From positions 1,178,001 to 1,242,000 of the forward strand of contig CM102290.1 in the NCBI GenBank assembly GCA_046563655.1: 64,000 nucleotides of DNA, read 5' to 3'. The notes under the pieces were generated by a model. The model did not search any database. It saw only the letters and a program-made list of their open reading frames with translations, and had not been told where the DNA came from. This document shows, one piece after another, positions 24,397-36,100 of this stretch (its first letter is position 1; the number at the start of each line of letters is the position of its first letter). Made by a program: the position numbers and the translations under genes. This DNA is from Yuukianura sp. NJ FZ-2021 (taxonomy: Eukaryota).

Positions 24397-26272
24397 GCAA
24401 GTTCAAAAGACAGAACATTGTGTCCATTCAAACTACGCCTTTCATCTTGAAAGCACAATACAACCAGTATAGTAATCCAATACATCCGGAAAATCCCTCT
24501 CAATGAAAACTGAGTAACCCAAATTAATCCAGAACTAACTTTTTTTTTGGAACATGACTTTTCCCTGCAATCGTATCCTGTCCCGTACCCCGTAAAAGTT
24601 TTAAATTTCCAAATCAACTCCATGTTTAAAAACAAAATCCAACAAACAGTTAACCGTCTATCACTTCTAACTAATTTTCTAAAACTTGCTTTTTCAAAAA
24701 CAAAGTTCCCGAATATAACAGAGTTCCATATAACACCATATACTGTTGACATAATTGATTTTGAGCATTTGGACCGTTGAACAAATTGAAGCATTCACAT
24801 AGCTCAGACCTATGACTTAATCCATTCAAAACATTCTTTTGAGCACCATTCACGTGTGGTGACATTCAAAACAACAAACTATCAAATAGCACTAACAGAG
24901 TATCTGTATTAATCTATAGACTATAGTTCCCTATTATAAAAATTTTAAGTAAAAACTAGGTGTTAATATAAACCCAGCAATGAAAATGGAGTCTAAAAAA
25001 ATTTTAAATCTCAAAACTCAATTTCAAGAAAGAATTTTCACAATATTTTTCAAACCTTTTTTGACATAATGTATTAATTATGATAGTTTTTCCATAGAAT
25101 TGATTTATTTTTAGTGAGAGAAATAATAGAGTAACAATTTTTGAAATAGTGGAGGTTCAACAGATATTTATGTGAGTACAAACCCCGCTGTTTTGAGTTG
25201 CTAAATCATACAGCATGCAGAAACCGAGTCTTTTGTTTTTATACCACCAACAATGTACTGATTTCCATTGTTTCAGTTTGCGCGGTGAAAGTGGGACTAA
25301 TTGAATTGGGAACGGAAAGGAGCTTAAAAGGCCATTGGAAAGATTTCGAAAGGAATAATACGATTAGGGAATTGGGCTTATGGAGATGCCAGCAACATCA
25401 CTCCCTAATTTGAATGACTAGAGAGAGACTTCCTATTCCAAACTATCCTGCTATCCTTTCCAAAGGGGAAATGACTTGGCTCGGTGCTTTCCTCGGAGAA
25501 AGCGCAAAAAGCATTGTGGCCATTGAAAAAACGAAGGAAAAATCAGTGGTGATATTCACACCTCCAAAGTTGAAAGTTGGCGCCTTTTGGAGGATAGAAA
25601 AACGGAGACTGTTGGTTCTAAATATAGGTTCAGTGACGTCAACCCATCATGCCTTTTCCTTATATCCGCCTGACAATCTCTCCGTTCTAAAAAAGACTTT
25701 TAAAAAAAGTTACCATGTTGAACTGACTCCCCCACCAAAAACGAAAGTCAAAGGAAGAAGGGAATGGAGAGACCAGAAACCAGAAGTGGTTCAACTTCGA
25801 ACTTTCTGTTTGAACGCAAAAGAGAAAAGACTATTTCAGTCCGTTTCTCCTGTTGGAGCTTTTCCTAACTTTCTTTCTTTCTTTCGATTTGAATTTAATA
25901 AAAAGTCAATCCCCGCCTGGAAATTTTTACTCTTTCCATAAATTAATTAACTGAAATGCTAAAAATTTCATATTTTATAAGACTCCTGCCATGCGTACTT
26001 TCGAAAGTGTAAAAGTATTCTTATACAACGTGGAAATAGGACGCACATCCACAATAAAATCTCGCACCCATTCATTGATCAAGGTAAAACGCAGCGTAGT
26101 GAGAAATTCGCCTCTACTTTCTCTTTAAGCAACTTTTTATTAAATCTTGTTCACCAGATAATGAAAGTATTAATAGCTAGAGCGTTATTTTTGAAAAATC
26201 CGAAATTAGGGCTTTGGAAGCCAAATCCTTGGAAGTTCGAATTACTAAATTTGTATTGTTTTTTGTTTGCAG

Positions 26273-26418
26273 CTTACGAGGAGGCGGATTCTGCTGAATT
26301 TTGGCACCAAAAGCCAATTAGTGCGACAAATTTGGGAGCTTGGGCAGAAACGGCTGTTCCAAGACAATTGGCTCGGTACACTATAAAGAGAAAGCGCTCC
26401 GCTGACGAAAGGGCTTAA
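26273..26418 (+). CDS. Uncharacterised secreted protein, terminal exon 4
   Basis: Branch-like TACTAAAT plus TTGTTTTTTGTTTGCAG acceptor. Phase 1 matches the GC donor. Reads (A)YEEADSAEFWHQKP...IKRKRSADERA*. Joined CDS is 178+1043+133+146 = 1500 nt. Confidence 0.8.
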
Positions 26419-27424
26419 GAAAGAATACGTTCAAAACAAGATTTGGAAGGATTAGGGAAAAGTGGTTTTCCTTAAGTTACGTAATGAGTGGAAATACCTA
26501 AGTTTAAGTAGAAGACAATGAAGGAGAAAAGGATTAACTAAAACAATGATCGTCATTTCCTCAATTTTCGACGACCTCAATTCCTGAAAAAAAAACGTTT
26601 TTTCAAACAAATTTGAACACTCTTTTGGTCTGCGTAATGAGTGCTGTACACACCAATCAGATTATTCTGATTCTGAATTCAATTTTTACGTAAGTCGGAG
26701 CAATTTCGGAGTCCCAAATTTATAAGCTCCACTTTCTGAAAAAAAAAATTACCTTTTCAAATTATCCTCTACAAAACGCTTCAAAGTCAGTCAAACGTTT
26801 GGTGGAAAACCTTGGCAATTTTAAAAACTTTACTCAAGGTAAAGTTTGATTTTCAAAATTTCCAAGACCGCGACAAAATTTGACATTATCCTAGATTTTA
26901 AAATTTTACTTGTTACTTGTAACCATGATGATGTTTTGCGTGCCAAAGAGCTTGTGAGAATGAACGTGATTTACCCTTTACAAAACGCAAGACAGCAAAG
27001 TTAACCTGTACTTACTTGGCTAATTAACTAACAATTAATTAAGATTTAGTTAGCTAAAAAAAGCTAACTAAGCAAAGTTATGTTGAACAATATTGTTGTT
27101 AACTTGTATATGTACCGGAAATTGACAATAGGGGAACTTTATGCTGACAGTGTTAAAATCAAAGATGATATTTCTCAAAGAATTGGGTTTCCAAATTGGA
27201 TGAAAAAAGGTTTACAGGATACGTCGCACATTCTCCAATTTATGAAGCTTCATTTTCAAAATTCAAAAATACCAATGGAGTCCAATAAAAACAAAATTTT
27301 TATGCCTTGAGCAGACAATAACTCAAAAGTTAAAAATTTTAAAAAAGAAGAAGACAGCAGTTTGCTGTACACCGGCATCTGCTCTTAACCAGAATTGTGA
27401 AGTCTGTCGGAAACTAAAATGTAC

Positions 27425-27474
27425 AAACTGAATTTAATTGAAACTGAATTAGTTGAAATTGAATTAAATTGAAA
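27425..27474. repeat. Short degenerate tandem repeat (15-16-nt unit AAA(C/T)TGAATT...TTG, 3 copies)
   Basis: AAACTGAATTTAATTG AAACTGAATTAGTTG AAATTGAATTAAATTG, in the presumed 3' UTR. Confidence 0.55.
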
Positions 27475-29307
27475 TCACGAATTTAATATGGACAATAAAA
27501 CTTCCTTGCAGTGAGATTATCCTTTAGAGAGAGACCTCTCAAAGAAGTATTCACTTGTTAAAATTACTACCAATGTAATCTAACATAACTTAATTCACTC
27601 GGGTAACTAATTACAGCCAGGAATTGCTTAACCCTAGTACCTAACTAGAAATATCCACTTAGCACTACTAATTTATTTATTTTTAACTTAATTTAATGTT
27701 ATTAGAATTAAGTTATTACACTTTAAAATTACTAATGCGTATTAGTCTTGTCCCTCTTAACTTATTCCCATTTGATCTGAAATGACCACGGTTTTGGTCC
27801 TTCAAATATTTGCAACATTACAGTCTCACGTCACACTAAATTTCTTTGAACACAAGTTTTTTTTTTAAATTATAATCTTTAGGTTTCCTAAAATTAATGA
27901 AAAAAATCGTGCAACATTTTTGAAAACTTGAGTTGTGATGGAAGTAACGTCACTGATTTTTTTGACTATTGTGATAAGGGGCTGCGGTGGTTAATGTAAA
28001 AACGTAGTTTAATTAATATCTACTTAACATAATATGTAAAACTGTAAGTGTAAGTGTATGTGGTTGTACTTAAAATATGTAACACACAACATTCATTGTA
28101 CACCGTATGCAAGTATTGAACTATGTTATTTAGTAAAAATTAAATTGAATACGTTTAAGCACGAGACATGTTGAAGGAGGAAGTTGTTTGTGGTTTTGTG
28201 GTAAAGAGTGGATTACCAAAGAAAAAAACCGAAACGTAAGGGGATAATTACTTATTAGAATAAAAATTGAATTAAAATTGTACTTTAATGTAAAAGTCGG
28301 TGCATTCCAAAACGTATTAATCTAAGTGTAAATCTATGTTAATTCAGTGTGATAATTTGGTTCTCTACGTTTGGTTTTCACATTTTAGTTACCAAAATTA
28401 GTTACCAAAATATTAAAGCGTAGTTTTGTGTCTCTGTCTTTCCCCGTTTGTGACTCTCATATTACACATTATTATGCAAGTACATACAACCAAAAAGAGT
28501 TTAAGAAAATAAAATTATTATAACACGGAAAGTGTTGACTCATTTTTGTCTTCTCCGTCATTATAGTTTATTTATTTGCTATTTATTATTATACCGACAT
28601 TATGCATTTATAGTTTGGCGTTTGGTTTTCAAAGTTGGTAATTTGTTTTTATAATAGATTTCTTTTACGAAATGAAAGAAGGTAGTGCATAAACTCAACA
28701 ATTTTCATCAAAATTTTTCAACCACAATTTTTTTAAACCTTTTTACAAACGAGGTCAATCCTGTTTTAAGAGTACACAGAATCGCCGTAATGTTATTAAG
28801 GTGACCTTTGACTTTTATCTCATTTCGTTTTGTACGTGCATCTCCATCTCTCGTTCAGCTGGTATTTTAACTGCAGGACGCGACGACCAAGGTCTGGCAC
28901 TAGAGCAAAGTATTGAATCAACTTCCTTTTTGGACAAAAGATGGAGAAAGCTTCGAGGCAGTGAAAGCGGAAGCAGAAAGCTGTATCTAGAGTTTAGATA
29001 TTAATCATATTAATTATTAATAATATATTATTGATATATTTAACTTTACGAATACCCAAGACCTTCCGTGTATAATTTTACATTTGACCGAAAATGGAAA
29101 AGCTAGGATTCAAAAGAGCCTAGTTTATATGAGCTTCATTTTTTGTGAATTTTTCTGATCACCTACTTTTTGTTGTTTATACTTTTTTTTTGGCAAATTA
29201 CATGCAACCAAAAAAAAAAGCTGAGCTCGATTGATCAATTTACCACAAAATATTATGACACTATTAATAGTGTTTGTTGTAGCAAAAACCTGCAGAGGCC
29301 TTATTAC

Positions 29308-29504
29308 CAGAGGTCCCAGAAGTATTTTCTAAAAACAGCCAAAATATTTAAATATTTAAAATATTTATTGAAATACTTTGAAATATTTACATTTTTAACA
29401 TTAAGGGCATGGCAAAATCAATAAATATTTACAAACAAAAAAGCCCGAAATATTGATTTTGTTAACATTACGGGCATGGGGACTAAATATTTCTGGGATC
29501 TCTG
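29308..29504. mobile_element. Non-autonomous hAT-like MITE (197 bp)
   Basis: 20-bp TIRs CAGAGGTCCCAGAAGTATTT and AAATATTTCTGGGATCTCTG (18/20). Perfect 8-bp TSD CTTATTAC (29300-29307 and 29505-29512). Internal AAATATTT arrays and duplicated TTAACATTA(A/C)GGGCATGG. Confidence 0.88.
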
Positions 29505-30568
29505 CTTATTACACTATCTCGTGAGCTTTGGATTATAAAAATTGGTAACAAAATCTGCTGAAGAGCAGAGAAAACAAACATGTGCAAAATGGCATGCATG
29601 AGCACGCGTGTCAATGAGCACAACATAAAGGTTGCAGAAGGCGCCATTTATCAATTATTAATTTCAAATTGCACCTTTCTATTCTTGTAAATGACTGTTC
29701 CTTGTTCCCTACATTTACTGGCATTTTAAAGACATTTAGATGACATTTCACCTTTTCTCGCGGTCTAGCGCAAATTCCGTTTACTTTGCAGTTATGTTCT
29801 AATAGTGAAGCCTTATCCACATTTTCTTTGATATCAAAAAAGTAAAATTTACTTTCCTCTAGAAGTAACATTCCACATAATTTGCTGTTGATTAAAATTG
29901 TTTTCAAGACTCTTTTTTTTCGTGCTGGACGGGTGAACAAACATCGGGGAAAGTTTTTTCTCAAGAGCCTCATTTAAAAAAAATGGAGAAAGAAAGTGTC
30001 TCTTTAGACACAAGTATTAGGCCCAAGTGACAATTTAGAAAGAAAACCTTTTAAACTTTGGAGTTGACAATGTCAATTCGATGCCTCATTTTTTCTGTAA
30101 AGAAAACTATGTGGAGCAAGTTTTTCAAAAAGAAAATTCAATTTTTATCAGGCTTCTCCAAGAGGTTTTTCAAACATTTTAAAAAACAAAGTTTTCACTT
30201 TGTCTGCCACCTACACTTTTCATTGGCCAGAAAGTCAAACTTGTCAAAAGCAACATTCCCTCAGCAGAGGAAAAGTGATCAATAAATAGTTTTGAACAAA
30301 ATATTTCATTTTGTGAGCCTTTTATTAAGATACTACTTTTTATGTAAAGTTTTGACCTGGTTTAAAGAGCTGTGTTTATTTCCGCCAAACTCAAAAGGCC
30401 CCAATGTCTCACCTTCTTTTCTCGTTTGTGAAGTTAAAAATGCAACAAACATTCTCTTTATTTTATTTTGCGTTTACATCAAAATATAAAATGTTGAAGG
30501 TTTTAAGTACGGCAATGAGTTCTTTCATTTAAGGCTTATGTCTCACGGTGCTCTTTTTTAAATTTCAG

Positions 30569-30657
30569 AGCTTTTAGAGAATGATAGCTGGACTTGGGAG
30601 AAAGTGATTTGGAAGGACAGGGATTACCAGCAGGTGACACGAGAAGGTGTACGATAA
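30569..30657 (+). CDS. Possible alternative terminal coding exon of the secreted protein
   Basis: Acceptor CTCTTTTTTAAATTTCAG. The phase-1 frame is the only extended open one and reads (E)LLENDSWTWEKVIWKDRDYQQVTREGVR*, compatible with the phase-1 GC donor at 24397. Confidence 0.35.
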
Positions 30658-32982
30658 CCCAAAGAATGTCACAAATAGAATTCAAAGTAAGCCGCTTTCA
30701 CATTTGACTCTATGCTTTCTCTGCCCGAAGTTCTTTTGATCGAAAGTCTCAGTCTCGACTTGGGCAACAAGACTCCCCGCCAAGGTTTTGAGTCCAGAAG
30801 CAGCAGGATAGTTTTCTCTATGCATAACCTCTGCTACTCCACCCAAAATTCACGACATGGGCAAAGCCAGCAATACAATGGGCAACTGAAATAAATCAAT
30901 AAGCCTCACAACCACTTTAATTAACTTCCTTCACTGCCCATGATCGCCAATAATTGAACAGAATCGATTCGAAGTTCTCCTGTTTGCCAGTAGACGAGAA
31001 AATGTTCGATCAGACACATTCACGTTCAATTGAAATGGAAAATTCAAACAGCAAAGCGCTTTCGTTCCATGCCATATCATTTGTCGGGAATTGACAAAAT
31101 AAGTTTTTCAGAACCTTGGTAGTTATTCTTCCATCGCTCAATAGAATATAGAACTTTGTTCTTTGTTAAATTTTCTTTGTATGTAAAATGTGTAAGAAAA
31201 ATAAAAAAATTGAAAGCTGAATGGTTCGCTTATTAAAATTTCAAATTAGGTTTTAGGTTGTAGAAAAGTTTTTAGAAAAAAATCTCTGATATTTTCTAAT
31301 TATTCATTTTTTGAGGATCATTCAGTCGGAAAAATTTAAACTTTCCCCAACAGCTACCTCGAAGCTTCTAAACTTGGGTTGGAGGGTTTGCGCTGGAGAA
31401 GGCTGGAGAAAGCGCTGTAAATTGCCTGTCCAGGAACAGGAATCGCTGGAGAAAGTAGAAGAAGCGCTTCCTTTCGCCCAACTGAGCTCATTCCTTCCTT
31501 CAGTCTCAAACCTCAAACTTTCTCTGTCTGCTGCCTCGAAAAAGAACGAAAAAATTCCAGTTTTTTTTCCATTTTCTTCTAACCATCAAAGACGGTTTCT
31601 TCGTCTACTGGTGAATTTCATTAGGGATGTCTCCTTCGTCAGTTAGTGGAAAAAAATATTTTCTTCGTTCCAGATTAGCTCAACCAAAGAACATTTTTCA
31701 TATTTCCACTCCGCTCTCCATAATTACGTCCAATCAGTTCCACTGAAAAGAAAGTTGGAAACTTGGATAAACTAATCAATTACTGCTTCAGGTTTCTTCT
31801 GCATTGACGATTTCTTTAAAAAAAAATTCAAAATTTCCAGAGAAAAAAGTGCACAGTTTCTCATGTTTGAATTTCTTTCGTAAGCACAAGAAAGACTCTA
31901 TCAGTTCCAAAAAAAAAACTTCGCGTTTTTACTCGAGTGGCTTTGAAAAGTTAAACGAATCAAAACAAAATCTTCAATTTAAATTCAGCAGCTCAACAGC
32001 CAGCAAAGGTAACGCCAATATTATTTCTTTCTTCGCCTACTTTTGTCCAAAAAAACATTGCTACAATTTTTTCCTTATTGAACGGAACGTTATTTTTTTT
32101 TGTATAAGTAGAAAAGTTTCGTCTTGCAAGCGCTAAACTTAAAAAAACAAAATAAATTGAAACAATATTTTTTTATTGACCAAACTGGTTGCAAACAAAT
32201 TTTCCGGTAACGAATCTATAAGCTGACGCAAATTAAAGATTTCACTCACTTCAACATTATCTTTTTTCTTTCAAATTGAAAAGCAGTCTGCTATTCACAG
32301 AATTGCAGTTCTTCTGCAATTTCTGCGTGAAAATGGCGTGTTATTAGTTCAAACTAAAGGCGTTAGAGCTTTGATAATGAGTGAGTAGCCTTATACTTGA
32401 GTAGAACTCGAGCAAAAAGGCTCAAGGTAGATAGAGAGGAAAACTTTCTTTTTTACAATTGACAAGTTTTGTGAGACTCAAAGGAGAAAGTTTTGTCATT
32501 AATAAAAATGGATGAGTACGTATCCAAAGGGAGGGTTTGGACAAGAAGCCCTTGAGTCTCGAGCGGATAATTCCCAAATTAATTTTTGTTCAGAACACGG
32601 CAGAACCCCGTCGCTTTCCGTTCCACAAAGTTCTGTTTTGGATGAAGAATCGTTTTTTTGGGAAATTGCGAGGCAGAGGGAATTGGTCTAACAGTTTATA
32701 CGGTGTTGGACTACTAGGGTTGCTCATCTTCTGCGTCTGGCTTGATTTTCCTTGTAACGAAGCATTTCCAGACGGTCACTCAACTTTCTCCAGAGAAGAT
32801 AAACAGCAGAATCCTCCTCAAGCTAAAAAAAAATCCAGTGGAAAGTTATGTCAGGAACGAAAAAGGGGAAAAGAAGTTTTTGCACTTTTCAGAGCAGAAA
32901 AAACGCATGGCTCAAGTCTTGAAAATACGTTTCGTTTTTCCATTCCAATCTGCTACTACACGCAATCCTAACAGATACTTAC

Positions 32983-32999
32983 CTTAGTTTCATTCTCAT
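32983..32999 (-). CDS. Unknown 75-aa microprotein, coding part of exon 1
   Basis: Minus strand TAA TTG ATG AGA ATG AAA CTA AG|GTAAGT: an in-frame upstream stop, ATG, MRMKL(S) and a consensus donor. Phase 2 matches exon 2. Confidence 0.6.
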
Positions 33000-33130
33000 C
33001 AATTAACCACTTTGCATTTTTTGTTTCAATTATGTAGCGTAGTTTGTGGAAAACAAAATAAAAATAGTGCGCAAATGGAATTTTTAGGTCGCAGATTTTT
33101 TTTTGTATTAATTTAGAAAATGAAAATAAG

Positions 33131-33136
33131 GACTGA
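33131..33136 (-). promoter_or_regulatory. Candidate initiator (TCAGTC) for the microprotein gene
   Basis: Arthropod-type Inr about 135 nt upstream of the ATG on the minus strand. Confidence 0.3.
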
Positions 33137-36100
33137 AGGAGAATTCTTCTTTTCGAGCCTAGTAAAGATAAAGTACAGCAATCCGCATCCATCGAACTTT
33201 GAATTTGTCGGAACGTTGACATAAGCTTAGGAAAACATAACCAACCGAATTCCCTTTATGCAACTACCGTGCTATCCCACGCTTCACACACAGGGTTAAC
33301 CCACTGCAATTCCCTTTGTGCTTCTACATAATACTTTGTTACCCTATGTGTAGTAACACTTTCAAACATGTTTACCTCCTCTCCGACTGTACACTCAACA
33401 TCAAGTATTTAGCAGCGTCGTAGGAATTAGTTTTCAGGCAGGCATAAATTAGGTAACTCATGTAATGCTCTTTTGAGTTGGTAATTTGTCAAAAAATGTT
33501 TAAAGACCACCAAAACAAACTCCTTGACAAAGAAAAATACAAATAAAAAAAGTTTTGGCTGAATTGACTTGACCTAGTTGTCAACTTTGGTCAAACGTTG
33601 TTGATTCCGGGATTGGCTACAAACGAAACGACTTCCTTTTCTCGTGAACCAACATGATGAGGAGGAACTGGAACCATGTTTCCCTGGCATCTTGCTAAAA
33701 CTATCCCCACTCACAATTCTGAACAATCTGGTTCCATTTCTCAAATAACTCTGTTCTAATTCAATAAAGTAGTGGAACAGCCCGTTTTTGGCAAAAGACA
33801 TAGACTTTGTGTCCACCAGCAATTTCAAGATGAATCACTTTCACCAGAACGAGAAAGTTTTGCACAAAAAAAAAAAGAAAATAAACTAAAATAAGGCCAT
33901 CGAGCAACGCATGTGCAAATTGACGTCAGAAAAACAAGGGACCTGGTTACGATCTGGTTACGAGTGAATTATTCAACGTAGCAATTTGTTTTTTTTTCAA
34001 CCATCTTCAAAATTATTAGTCATAACAAGGTATACTTTAATAAATTGTTGAGTGCTTTGATTTCAAATTTCAACGTTTCCAATAATTTGCTTTTACTCTG
34101 CTCGTTCGTGGTTAGAAGAGAGGCTAAATATTATAGTTATAAGATAATTTTGTATGATTGTATTCTAGATTTGTGTTGAGAAAGTTGTAAGTTTCGGAGA
34201 AGCTATTGTTTCCTTTCGTTGTTGCTCGAGTTAGTGGATATCAAGTTTTGAAGTTGGGCGTGGAAATTTAGTACGAGATTTAAATGTTTAAATAGAAGTA
34301 AGCCGTTGGAAAGGTTAATTTGTCGGACCAGGAAGTGAGGAGGGAAAGTTTGAATGTAGACTTTGGAAAGTTTAATTGACATGGGACTAATCCCAGAACA
34401 AACATTCTCTGTGTACGCCTCAGCAGCACAACTTTCCCCAGCCACCAACTTTGTTCAGGCGCTCCCAGAAATCCAAACACGACCAAATCCCTTTCCCCTT
34501 TGCCGTTGTTCGTGGATTAGAATTAAAATTCTTGGATTTCCTGGAGTCTCCATGTCAAAGTCCGAAATGGAACTGGAAAGAGAAGGAAAAAAATTAAACA
34601 AAAGTTTTTCCAAAACACGAACTTTTCAGAAGATTACAAAAGGAAATGTCGCCTTTTTGAAACTCCATTTCAATTTTCTCCTAGGAGGGTACGAGTGAAA
34701 TTGAAGAGAAGTGAGTCTGAAGGTATATTTCGTCCCGAGTCGTAGGCTAAATGATTGGAATCCTATAAAACATTGGGCAACTGAAAAACGACCTGGAATT
34801 GACGATCAAACTTTGTGTTTTTTTGCTCCCTGCTCCTACAAACCTAAGTTTCCGATCCAAGACTTTTTAAATGGAGCGAAAAGAAAAAGAAAGGCCAAGG
34901 AAAAATTCCATTTTGCTACACATGCTGAATAAAGAACGAAGGAAAGGGCCTTGTGCAGGGAAAGTTCGGTTGGGCTCTCTCAATTTGTGCGGAAGAAAGT
35001 TAATTCCTTCAAAAAAAAAACCAAAAAAACCAAAAAGAAAAAACAAGGAAAACCTCCGACACTGTCGGATTTTCTAAATGCTCTCCCCGTCCTTTTCTAA
35101 TTCCTTTTCTCCTTCCTTCTGCTTTTCCCTTGTACTTTGTACACAAGTCAAACACGGAGGAGCTCTTTTGTTCTAAACAACACTTTGAACATTGAATGGC
35201 CCATAGTGCATCCCAGCCTGGGTTTTCCTTTAACGTTAATTAATCTGCAAAGACACGCCCAGTGTCGTAAGCCCTTCCGAAAGATTACAAATCCATCTTA
35301 TTTTTTAAGACGTTTTTCACTGTTTAACAAAGCGACAGTTTAAAAAATAAGGCTTCGTGCAAGTTCAAGTAATTTTTAAATTGAAATAAAAGAAAACTTT
35401 TTGACTAAGTTCTCATAGATGCCTGGAATAGGTTAAGTTAATTAGCAACTTTGAATTTATTAATACCAAAATTCAAAAAATATACGAATGTGAAAAAAAT
35501 GAGTTTAGACAATGACTGGAATTTACACTGAATTGTGCTTGTTGTAAAGCAGTATTTTGTTCGAATTGTAGCTCAGAAGTTACAGATCACTTGACTTCAA
35601 CGAAATGGAAAAGCTTATTTTAAGTAGTAATGTTTCAAATTACAATTGTGCTAAATGTAACTAATGTGTTAACTTTTAAATTTAAGAAAGCAATTAATTG
35701 CAGTAGTAGTGTCACTATTTTTTGGTCCGAGGGCACAACTTAAGTCTCTGCGAATGTTTTCAGATGGAACCAAGTCCCCCTCGTGAGACTCAAGAATTAA
35801 AATTGTAATGAAGCCAAGGGAAGTTATTTGTTATTTCTTATTTGAGTAGATTAGAATTCGGACAAGGGAAAACAGCCATTATGGTAAGACAAATTACCCT
35901 AATAAAACACGCTTTCTCCCCCATACTTAATTCTTGTACAACATAACTACTACCTAACCTTACTAACCAAACGTGAACTTTCTCAAGTTCAGTTAATTTC
36001 TTCCCTACACCAACTACAAATTGTAGTCAGAACGTCTAGCTCCTGAAATGCCCAAGAAATATCAACTTCTTTGTTTGGTGTTGCTGTAAATTTCCATTTT

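Noticed and set aside
24237..24794. 185-aa minus-strand ORF
   Set aside because: Antisense shadow of the six-Cys exon extending into intron sequence.
25414..25941. 175-aa plus-strand ORF
   Set aside because: Lies in intron 3 of the secreted-protein gene. No convincing splice sites or domain, and its K/F-rich composition is typical of AT-rich non-coding DNA.
32968..33222. 84-aa minus-strand ORF overlapping microprotein exon 1
   Set aside because: It reaches the donor in phase 0, which does not match the preferred exon 2 acceptor, and it has an AT-tract-driven composition. It could join the weaker AAG acceptor near 13560, so it is not fully excluded.
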